Made by a program: the position numbers and the translations under genes. From Acidobacteriota bacterium (lineage in GTDB: Bacteria > Acidobacteriota > Thermoanaerobaculia > Multivoradales > UBA5704), in the NCBI GenBank assembly GCA_040005235.1, contig JBDTZG010000098.1:1-15149 (forward strand): a stretch of DNA of 15,149 bases. The letters run 5' to 3'. The notes under the pieces are model-generated. The model was not told the DNA's origin. It did not search any database and worked only from the letters and a program-made list of their open reading frames with translations. This document shows, in pieces, positions 1-7,221 of the stretch (positions are counted from its first letter, which is position 1; each line of letters begins with the position of its first letter).

Positions 1-165
1 CTCGACCGGCTGGCCGACCTTGACCTCGATCGAGGCGGGAATCCATTCGAATTTCTTCGCCTGGAGGGTGAGCTTTTTCACCTCGACGCCAGAGGCGACG
101 CTCGCAACCGACACCAGGGCCAGGGCCGCACCGAAGATCACCGCGCGCAACGACGACGTTCGCAT
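1..165 (-). CDS. Exported cupredoxin-domain protein, N-terminal part (runs off the left edge; not in the supplied ORF track)
   Basis: Manual translation from ATG at 165: MRTSSLRAVIFGAALALVSVASVASGVEVKKLTLQAKKFEWIPASIEVKVGQPVE. This is a signal peptide followed by the AKKFEW-P--IEVKVGQPV pattern typical of cupredoxin first strands. GGAG at 180-177 is a plausible RBS. Copper ligands lie outside the window. Confidence 0.7.
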   Translation of the reverse strand, partial: MRTSSLRAVIFGAALALVSVASVASGVEVKKLTLQAKKFEWIPASIEVKVGQPVE

Positions 166-221
166 CTTGAATCGCTCTCCTCGGATCGAACGGCGGAAGG
201 GCCGCCGACAAGCCGCGGACT

Positions 222-3200
222 TTACCAGGAGACCGGCAGGCGCAGCCGCACGTCGCGCCGCTTGTCGCGGAACATCAGGTACCCCTCGCGCCGGCCGAAC
301 AGGAACAGGTCGCGCAGGATCTCGACGTCGTGGCGGCAGTACTCCTCCACCTCGTCGAACCGGCCTTCCGCCACCCAGGCGAGCGACTGCAGGCCATCGG
401 CCGATTTCCCCGCGCCGAGCGTCTCCTGGGCCAGGTGGTCGAGCTTCATGCGGAAACCCGCGACCCGGCGTACCTCTTCGAGCAGGTCGAGCGTCGGCAG
501 CTCGCGGGAGAGCCCGCGGCCGGCGTACCCTTCGAGCACTTTGTAATCGAACCGCCGGCTGTTGAATCCGACCACCTGGGTCGCGCTACGAAGCGCCGCC
601 ACCAGATCGCCCACCCGATCCTCGCGATACGACTCGAACCGGTCCTCTTCGAGGAAATAGAGGACGCCCACCGCCACACCCATCCGATCCGCCCGGTTCC
701 ACCCCCCCACCTCCGCCGCCGAGCGAAGCGTTTCGAGGTCGAACAGGATCGTCCGCTCGAGGCGAGGAGAGCTGAGCTCCCGAGAACGCGGTGTAAGCCC
801 ATCTTTAACGGCCTCCACCACCCGCGCCAAGAACCCGCGCAGCCGCTTCGCCGTGCTCGTCTCCTTCTTCTCCCACCACCCCTCCGGCTCGCCCACCACC
901 GGCACCACCGCCGCTTCGTCCGCCGCTTCTCGCGCCGCTTCTCGCGCCGAGGCCGCCGCGACATCCTCCGGCGCAAGCTCCTCCCGTTCGAGCAGCAGCC
1001 GCAGCACCCGCGCCGCGCCCGGCTTGTCGAGCGGCCGGTTGCCGTTGCCGCATTTGGGCGACTGCACGCAACTAGGGCAGCCCGATTCGCATGGGCATTC
1101 GGTCAGCAGGTCGAGCACTCGCGAGAGCAGATCGGGTAGGTTCTCGAAGCCCTTCGCGGTAATCCCCACGCCGCCGGGGTGGCCGTCGTAGAGGAACACC
1201 GCGCCGCAGCCGACCTGCGGGTGGAACGGGGTCGAAATCCCTCCCATGTCGTTGCGATCGCAGATCGCGAGCAGCGGAAATAGGGAGATTGCAGCGTGCT
1301 CCGAGGCGTGGAGCGCGCCCATGAAGTCCTCTCCCTGCCGGCGCAGCGCCTCTTCGAACGGCCGCGGCGCGCGCCACCAGAGGCCGACGGTTTCGAAGTG
1401 GACCGGCGGAAAATCCAGCTCGTGCCGGTCGAGCCGTTCGAGCGTTCCGACCCGGCGCCGCTCGTAGCCCACGACCCGCTCGGTCACCTTCAAACGGCCG
1501 AGCGTAGCCTTCAACTGACCGGTGGCGCCGTCCGTCCGTTCCGCCAGCACCTCCAGGATTTCGGTCTCTTTCGACATCAGAGCCGTGGTGAACCAATCGA
1601 CGTCCGCCGGCTCGGCGAGCACCCTGCGCTCCTCGCCGTTCATCTCCTTCACCAGGTACTGCCGGCCGGCGTGCAGGTAGATCGCTCCCGGGTGACATTC
1701 GCGCAGCGCGCGGATTCCATCGATCGTGCCGATCGTCCGCCCCGCCTCGGTGTCCTCGATCGCGTAGCTCTCGCCCGAACCGCGCAGCGAGACCAGCCGT
1801 TGCGGCCGTTGGCGGAGCGAGAACAGCTCGCCTCCTTCGCCCTGGAACAGCTCGCCGCGTTCGAGCATCGACTCGATCGTGGCCGCGTGGGGCGCGAGGT
1901 ACGCGGCATCCGGCCCGTCCGGTCCGCGTTCGAGCGGCAGCTCGGAGGCGGCGCAGAGCAGGTGCGCGCGCGACACCGGAACGTTGCTCGGATCGACCAC
2001 CAGCCGCTCGCACGGCCGGCCGAGCAGCTGTTCGGGATGGGCGAGAAGGTATTGATCCAACGCGTCGGGCAGGGCGATCATCGCGGTCAGCGACTCGCGC
2101 CCCGACCGGCCGGCTCTTCCCGAGCGCTGCCAGGTGGACATGACGCTGCCGGGATAGCCCACCAGCACGCAGGCGTCCAGGCCGCCGATGTCGATCCCCA
2201 TCTCCAACGCCGAGGTGGCGATCACCCCGTCGAGCCGACCGGCGAACAGCTCGCCTTCGATCCGCCGCCGCTCTTCCGGCAGGAATCCGGACCGGTAGGC
2301 CGAGACTCTGCGCGCCAGATCGGGCTCGCGCTTTCTCAGCCAGGAGTAGAGCAGCTCGGTAATCCGTCGCGCTTTGGTGAAGACGATCGTCTTGGCGCCG
2401 CGCTTCTGCAGCTCGACGAACAAATTGAGCGCCGAGGTATAGGGGCTCACCTCCGGCTGGAGCAGCAGGAAGCGCCGCCCTTCGCGCGGCGCCCCTGCCT
2501 CTTCCACCCAATGGAACGGCCGGCCGGCGAGAGCCTGGGCGAACTCCGCCGCATTCCCCGCGGTCGCCGACGAGGCGATCACCTGAGGGTCGGCACCGAG
2601 CGCCCGGGCGAGGCGCAGCAGGCGGGAGAGCGTGTGGTGGAAATGGCTACCGAAGATGCCGCGATAGGTGTGCAGCTCGTCGAGCACGATCCAGCGCAGG
2701 TCGGCGAGGAACGGCCCCCACGAGGTCCAGTGGGCCAGGATCCCGAGGTGCAACATGTCGGGATTGGTGATCAGGACGCGCGGAAAGCGCCGCCGGATCG
2801 CCGCCCGGTCGTTCGGGCTCGTGTCGCCGTCGTAGATCTCGCAGCCGGCCTCTTCCGGGGTGAGGCCGCAGGCGGCGGCGAGGTCGCGGAATTTCCCCCG
2901 CTGATCCTGACCGAGCGCCTTGAGCGGAAAAAGGAACAGCGCCCGGCCGGGGCCTCCAGAAAGCGCCTCTTCGATCGGCGGCACCTGGAAAACCAGCGAC
3001 TTGCCCGACGCGGTCGGCGTCGTCACCAGGACGTGCTCGCCCCGCCGGACCGCCGCGATCGCCTCGGCCTGGTGGCTCCAAAGCCGGGAGACCCCGCCGC
3101 GCGCGAGCGCCGCCGACAGCGGAGCAGCCAAAGGCGGATCGAGGTTTCCGTATCGAGCCGGAACGGCCGGCAGCTCCGCCGCGTGGACGATCCGCGCGCC

Positions 3201-3275
3201 GAGCCGTGGATCGGCCTCCAGGTCGGCCACCAGCGCGCCGAAATCGAGAGCCGTCGGATAAGTCGTAGAGTTCAA
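222..3275 (-). CDS. DEAD/DEAH-box SF2 helicase with DUF1998 Zn-binding domain (MrfA/YprA/SftH/Hrq1 type) fused to a C-terminal RNase H-like DEDDy 3'-5' exonuclease (YprB/MrfB type)
   Basis: Walker A TPTASGKS, DELH, SAT, ATSALEMGIDIG, QRSGRAGR; DUF1998 LHASEHA and CPCESGCPSCVQSPKCGN; C-terminal FDLET / GFNSRRFD / YCRHD exonuclease motifs. The TTG start is uncertain. Confidence 0.92.
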   Translation of the reverse strand: MNSTTYPTALDFGALVADLEADPRLGARIVHAAELPAVPARYGNLDPPLAAPLSAALARGGVSRLWSHQAEAIAAVRRGEHVLVTTPTASGKSLVFQVPPIEEALSGGPGRALFLFPLKALGQDQRGKFRDLAAACGLTPEEAGCEIYDGDTSPNDRAAIRRRFPRVLITNPDMLHLGILAHWTSWGPFLADLRWIVLDELHTYRGIFGSHFHHTLSRLLRLARALGADPQVIASSATAGNAAEFAQALAGRPFHWVEEAGAPREGRRFLLLQPEVSPYTSALNLFVELQKRGAKTIVFTKARRITELLYSWLRKREPDLARRVSAYRSGFLPEERRRIEGELFAGRLDGVIATSALEMGIDIGGLDACVLVGYPGSVMSTWQRSGRAGRSGRESLTAMIALPDALDQYLLAHPEQLLGRPCERLVVDPSNVPVSRAHLLCAASELPLERGPDGPDAAYLAPHAATIESMLERGELFQGEGGELFSLRQRPQRLVSLRGSGESYAIEDTEAGRTIGTIDGIRALRECHPGAIYLHAGRQYLVKEMNGEERRVLAEPADVDWFTTALMSKETEILEVLAERTDGATGQLKATLGRLKVTERVVGYERRRVGTLERLDRHELDFPPVHFETVGLWWRAPRPFEEALRRQGEDFMGALHASEHAAISLFPLLAICDRNDMGGISTPFHPQVGCGAVFLYDGHPGGVGITAKGFENLPDLLSRVLDLLTECPCESGCPSCVQSPKCGNGNRPLDKPGAARVLRLLLEREELAPEDVAAASAREAAREAADEAAVVPVVGEPEGWWEKKETSTAKRLRGFLARVVEAVKDGLTPRSRELSSPRLERTILFDLETLRSAAEVGGWNRADRMGVAVGVLYFLEEDRFESYREDRVGDLVAALRSATQVVGFNSRRFDYKVLEGYAGRGLSRELPTLDLLEEVRRVAGFRMKLDHLAQETLGAGKSADGLQSLAWVAEGRFDEVEEYCRHDVEILRDLFLFGRREGYLMFRDKRRDVRLRLPVSW
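909..956. repeat. Degenerate 12-bp tandem repeat (CGCCGCTTCTCG) encoding the AREAAREAADEAA helicase-nuclease linker
   Basis: cgccgcttcgtc / cgccgcttctcg / cgccgcttctcg / cgccgaggccgc read directly at 909-956. Confidence 0.7.
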
Positions 3276-3299
3276 CGATGCCGCCTCATTTACGCTCCT

Positions 3300-3308
3300 A
3301 TCCTAGCA
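3300..3308 (-). promoter_or_regulatory. Candidate extended -10 element (TGcTAGGAT) for the helicase gene
   Basis: The reverse complement of 3300-3308 reads TGCTAGGAT, matching TGnTAnnnT, in the divergent intergenic gap. Confidence 0.4.
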
Positions 3309-3339
3309 AGAACGCGGGCGGGGCACTACGGCCCGGCGC

Positions 3340-3345
3340 TACACT
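3340..3345 (+). promoter_or_regulatory. Candidate -10 element (TACACT) for the peptidase gene, probably leaderless
   Basis: TACACT ends 6 nt before GTG 3352 and 9 nt before ATG 3355; no Shine-Dalgarno between them. Confidence 0.45.
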
Positions 3346-3351
3346 GCGGCG

Positions 3352-4353
3352 GTGATGTCTCCCCTCGCTCCGCCCATCCTCCGCTCCTTTCGCCGGGGCC
3401 TCGCGGCCGGTCTGATGTTTCTCGCCGCGCTTTCGGCCCAGGCCCAGACGGCGGTCCCCCGCCTGATCGTCCAGGCGCCCGAAGAGCTGGCCGCCCTCGG
3501 TAAGACGGTCCAGGATTTCGATCCCCAACTGCTCGCGCCGGCCATCCGGCTCACCGGCGCTTCGGACCTTTCGCCGATCGCAGTTCTGCTCGCCCCCGAG
3601 CGCTCGCCGGAGGCCCAATCGGCGCCGCCCTGGGTTTCCGGCTACGCGGTCGGCCCGGCGGGGGCGATCGTGCTGTTTCCCGCCCGGACCAAGACGTACC
3701 CGGATTCCGATCTCGACGCACTGGTCCAGCACGAGGTGACCCACGTACTGATCGATCGGGCGGCCGGCGGCCGGCCGGTGCCGCGCTGGTTTCACGAAGG
3801 GCTTGCGATGGCGGCCGGGCGCGGCAGAAGCCTCGAAGACCGGTCGCGGACGTCGTTTGCGATCCTGATCGATGGGCGTACCACGCTCTCCGACCTAGAC
3901 TCCCGGTTCGCCGGAGGCCAGTCGGAGGTCCAGGCGGCCTACGCGCTCGCGGGCGATTTCGTCGCCGACCTGCTGCTGCGCCATGGCGCCGACACCGCGC
4001 CCGAAATCCTCGCCGGGATCGCCCGGGGCGAAAGCTTCGACGTCGCGTTCCAGGCTGCGGCCGGCGAAACCTTGGCGAGCGTCGAAACTTCCTACTGGCG
4101 GCGGCGAACGTTCTGGAATCGCTGGGTACCGTTCCTCACCAGCGGCGCCGCCCTCTGGCTGGGGATCACGGCGCTCGCGCTGGTCGCATTCAAGCGGCGG
4201 CGGGTACGGGATCAGGAGCTGCGGGAAAAATGGGCGTTGGAGGAGGAGCTGACCCGAACGCAGGAGGACCTTAAGAACCTCCAGGGTTCAGAGGACCTCA
4301 AGGACGAAGAGATGCCGGAAGAGCCCGAGGAGCCCGAAGAGTTGGTGAACTGA
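3352..4353 (+). CDS. Exported, C-terminally membrane-anchored gluzincin-type Zn metallopeptidase (peptidase MA-like family)
   Basis: Signal peptide (LAAGLMFLAALSAQA), HEVTH plus the PRWFHEGLA third ligand, downstream AY motif, TM helix (GAALWLGITALALVAF) followed by KRRR and an acidic tail. Confidence 0.82.
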   Translation: MMSPLAPPILRSFRRGLAAGLMFLAALSAQAQTAVPRLIVQAPEELAALGKTVQDFDPQLLAPAIRLTGASDLSPIAVLLAPERSPEAQSAPPWVSGYAVGPAGAIVLFPARTKTYPDSDLDALVQHEVTHVLIDRAAGGRPVPRWFHEGLAMAAGRGRSLEDRSRTSFAILIDGRTTLSDLDSRFAGGQSEVQAAYALAGDFVADLLLRHGADTAPEILAGIARGESFDVAFQAAAGETLASVETSYWRRRTFWNRWVPFLTSGAALWLGITALALVAFKRRRVRDQELREKWALEEELTRTQEDLKNLQGSEDLKDEEMPEEPEEPEELVN

Positions 4354-4360
4354 CGGGCTC

Positions 4361-5779
4361 TCAGTGCAGATAGCCGAGCGACTTGAGCCGGCTCTCGCTC
4401 TCCCGGGAGGCATCCAAGGTCTTCGCGGCGTCAAGATCGCCTTCGGCCTTCTTGAGCCGTGTTTCGAGATGGCCGCGGAGGCGCCGGTAGGTTTCCGGAT
4501 CGGCGGTCAGCCGGTCTTTCTGCTCCATCGGATCGGCCACCAGATCGTAGAGCGCGAAACGCCCCTCCGCGCCGGCCGCCCGGCCGGAATCGAAGATCAG
4601 CTTCGCCTTGCCGTCGGTCGTGCTGCGCAGCGCGTATTGGAGCGTCTCGGTGGTTGGATGAACCGGCGCTCCCCGTTCGATCAGCGGGCGCAGGCTCGTC
4701 CCCTCGAACGGCACTTCAACCTTGAGGTCGAGATAGTCGACGATCGTCGGCACCAGATCGAGATTCTCGACCAGCGCCGCGATCCGGCCTCGGCGTTTGG
4801 ATTCCGGCAGGCGAAGGATCATCGGCACGTGGATGGACGTTTCGAACTGCGTCTCGCAATGCAGGACCCGGCCATGCTCCATGAACTCTTCGCCGTGGTC
4901 CGAGGCGATCACCACGATCGAGGAATCGAGCAGACCACGCGCCCGCAGGTTCGCGAACAGCTCGCCGAGCTGAGAGTCCAGGTAGGCGAGCTCGCCGTCG
5001 TAGAGCGCGCTCAAGGTTTCGATCTCCTCCGGAGTCGCCTCGACTTTCGGCCCCTCGCCGAGCAGGCTCGAAAGGATCGGCTGCGGATTTCCCGCCAGAG
5101 CCCAATCGCGCGGCGGCCGGGCGGAAGAGGCCGGCAGGAACTTCTCTCGCCAAGGAGAGGGGGCGGCGTAGGTGCTGTGAACGTCCTGATAGTGAAGGTA
5201 GAGGAAAAGCGGCCGGTCCGTCTGCTTCAGATAGCGATTCGCGCGCCGGTTGATGCAGTCGGCGCGGCGGTGAAAGCAGCTCTCGTCGAAGATCTCGAAG
5301 CCGCGATCGAATCCCCCGTGCAGATTGAACGACGACTCGGACTTGCGCACGATCGGGCTCGCCGACACCGCAATCGAGCGATACCCCGCGGCGCCGAGGA
5401 TCTCCGGCAGGGCGGGAAACCCGTCGGGAATGCCGATCCGCTTCTGAGGCTGACCGAAGAAGCGCGCGGGCCAGCGCGAGGTGAGGATCGAGTTGACCGA
5501 CGGAAAGGTGCAGGCCGCCTGGCTGCGCGCCTGCTCGAACAGCAGACTCTCCTTGGCGAACGTATCGAGATTCGGCGTCGTCGCCCGCGCATAGCCGTAG
5601 GACGACAACCGGTCGGCGCGCAGCGTGTCGATCAGGATAAAGATGACGTTCCGAGGGGCGGCCGCCGGTGCCTCCGCCTTCGGCGCGCCGCAAGCCCACG
5701 CTCCAAGCATCCAGATCATGCCGAAGGCGGCGCCCCAGGCTACCGGGCGGACCGAGCGTTTCCGCCGGGCTTCGGTCAC
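4361..5779 (-). CDS. Sulfatase-like (alkaline phosphatase superfamily) probable lipoprotein, paralog 1
   Basis: NVIFILIDTLRAD, TPNLD, FLYLHYQDVH, YDGELAYLD, SDHGEEFMEHG, LYDLVADPME, LKSLGYL; lipobox-like LGAWAC; GTG start overlaps the upstream gene's TGA (GTGA, 5779-5776). Confidence 0.9.
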   Translation of the reverse strand: MTEARRKRSVRPVAWGAAFGMIWMLGAWACGAPKAEAPAAAPRNVIFILIDTLRADRLSSYGYARATTPNLDTFAKESLLFEQARSQAACTFPSVNSILTSRWPARFFGQPQKRIGIPDGFPALPEILGAAGYRSIAVSASPIVRKSESSFNLHGGFDRGFEIFDESCFHRRADCINRRANRYLKQTDRPLFLYLHYQDVHSTYAAPSPWREKFLPASSARPPRDWALAGNPQPILSSLLGEGPKVEATPEEIETLSALYDGELAYLDSQLGELFANLRARGLLDSSIVVIASDHGEEFMEHGRVLHCETQFETSIHVPMILRLPESKRRGRIAALVENLDLVPTIVDYLDLKVEVPFEGTSLRPLIERGAPVHPTTETLQYALRSTTDGKAKLIFDSGRAAGAEGRFALYDLVADPMEQKDRLTADPETYRRLRGHLETRLKKAEGDLDAAKTLDASRESESRLKSLGYLH

Positions 5780-7158
5780 TGGAGGTAGCCGAGCGCCTTC
5801 AATTGGCGCTCCCCCTCCCGCGCGGCGTCCAGACTGCCCTTCGTCGCGAACCCGCCTTCGAGCGCCGTCATCCGCACTTCGAGCTTCTTGCGCAGCGCGA
5901 AATAGGTCCGCCGGTCGGCGGCCAGCACGTCCTTCTGCTCGAACCGGTCGGAGGCGAGATCGTGCAGCTCGAACTTCCCCGTTCCTTGGTCGAAGATCAG
6001 CTTCGACTTGCCGTCGGTGGCGCTCCGCAGCGCGTACTGGAGCGCAAAGGACGTGTCATGAAGAGGAGTTCCCTCTTCGATCAAGGGGCGCAGGCTTTTG
6101 CCGTCGAGCGGTCCGGGCGCCTTGATCCCCAAGTAGTCGAGGATCGTCGGCGTGAGATCGAGATTCTCGACCAGGGCCGCGATTCGTCCCGCCGCCTTCT
6201 CGCCGGTCGGACGCAGCTCGGGCGGCAGGCGGACGATCATCGGCACGTGGACGGAGGTGTCGTAGAGCACCTCGCAATGGATCATCCGGCCGTGCTCCAT
6301 GAACTCCTCGCCATGGTCGGCGGCGACGATCACGATCGAGGTGTCGAGCAGGCCGCGGTGTTTGAGATCCGCGAACAGCTCGCGCAGCTGATCGTCGAGA
6401 TACGCCAGCTCGCCGTCGTAGAGGCCGCTCATGTAAGCGACGTCGCGCGGCGACATTTCGACTTTCCGCCCTTCGCCGGTCAAGCTTCGCCGGATCGGTC
6501 GGGGGTTTCCCTTCAAGATCCACGGCCGCGCTTCCGGATAGGCCTCGACGAAGCGCTCCTTCCAAGGCGACGGCGGGATGTAGGCGCTGTGGACGTCCAT
6601 GTAATGGAGATAGAGGAAGAGCGGCCCCTTACCCAGACGGTTCAAATGGTGATCGGCGCGGCGGTTGACGCAGTTCGCCCGCCGGATGTGGCAGGTCTCG
6701 TCGAAGACGTCGAAGCCGCGATCGAAGCCGCCGTAAAGATTGTGGTGCGAGGGGCTCTTCCGCACGATCGGACTCGCGGTGACCGCGAGCGTTTGGTAGC
6801 CGGACGCCTTCAAGATCTCTTGAAGCGCGGGGTACTCCTTCGGGATGCCGATCCGATCGCCCGGCTGGCCGAGAAAATGGAGCGGCCATCGAGAGGTGAG
6901 GATCGAGTTGACCGAAGGGAACGTGCACGACGCCTGGCTCCGGGCCTGCTCGAACAGCACGCCACCTCTAGCGAACGCGTCGAGGTTCGGCGTCGTCGGT
7001 TTGCCGTAGCCGTAGGCGGAGAGCCGGTCCGAACGCAGCGTATCGAGCAGGATGAAGATGACGTTCGGCCGGGACGCGGGCTTCCGGCAGGCGGCGCTCC
7101 CCCCGAGGCCCAAGGCGAACAGCGAGATGAGGAAGAGAGAGATCCGGCCGCGGGTCAT
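5776..7158 (-). CDS. Sulfatase-like (alkaline phosphatase superfamily) probable lipoprotein, paralog 2
   Basis: Same motifs as paralog 1 (NVIFILLDTLRSD, HYMDVH, ADHGEEFMEHG, LKALGYL). Start reassigned to ATG 7158 (MTRGRISLFLISLFALGLGGSAAC, signal peptide plus lipobox-like Cys), because the longer ORF to 7620 overlaps rpiB antisense. Confidence 0.9.
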   Translation of the reverse strand: MTRGRISLFLISLFALGLGGSAACRKPASRPNVIFILLDTLRSDRLSAYGYGKPTTPNLDAFARGGVLFEQARSQASCTFPSVNSILTSRWPLHFLGQPGDRIGIPKEYPALQEILKASGYQTLAVTASPIVRKSPSHHNLYGGFDRGFDVFDETCHIRRANCVNRRADHHLNRLGKGPLFLYLHYMDVHSAYIPPSPWKERFVEAYPEARPWILKGNPRPIRRSLTGEGRKVEMSPRDVAYMSGLYDGELAYLDDQLRELFADLKHRGLLDTSIVIVAADHGEEFMEHGRMIHCEVLYDTSVHVPMIVRLPPELRPTGEKAAGRIAALVENLDLTPTILDYLGIKAPGPLDGKSLRPLIEEGTPLHDTSFALQYALRSATDGKSKLIFDQGTGKFELHDLASDRFEQKDVLAADRRTYFALRKKLEVRMTALEGGFATKGSLDAAREGERQLKALGYLQ

Positions 7159-7166
7159 GTCGCGCC

Positions 7167-7178
7167 GATTGTACAATC
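7167..7178. promoter_or_regulatory. Perfect palindrome GATTGTACAATC giving a TACAAT -10 hexamer on both strands (candidate bidirectional promoter or operator)
   Basis: The only AT-rich patch in the 63-bp gap between the divergent sulfatase (ATG 7158) and rpiB (ATG 7222) genes. Confidence 0.55.
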
Positions 7179-7221
7179 CCGGCACCCTGGCGAACGCCCG
7201 GGGCACGAGGAGGCACCTTCG

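Noticed and set aside
191-207. Hairpin CGGCGG-AAGGG-CCGCCG after the helicase stop as a terminator
   Set aside because: Only a 6-bp stem with no convincing U-tract; expected by chance at this GC content.
222-3275. Helicase as part of a DISARM or Druantia-like defence system
   Set aside because: No methylase, phospholipase D nuclease or second helicase nearby; the architecture fits the MrfA/YprA repair type.
1296-3503. Long plus-strand ORF (735 aa) and the other ORFs overlapping the helicase
   Set aside because: Antisense or alternate-frame shadows of a high-GC gene; no recognisable motifs.
4364-7221. Plus-strand ORFs 4364..5788 and the N-terminal part of 5668..7650, which suggest a large RpiB fusion
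   Set aside because: Antisense shadows of the sulfatase-like genes; rpiB has its own strong RBS and ATG at 7222.
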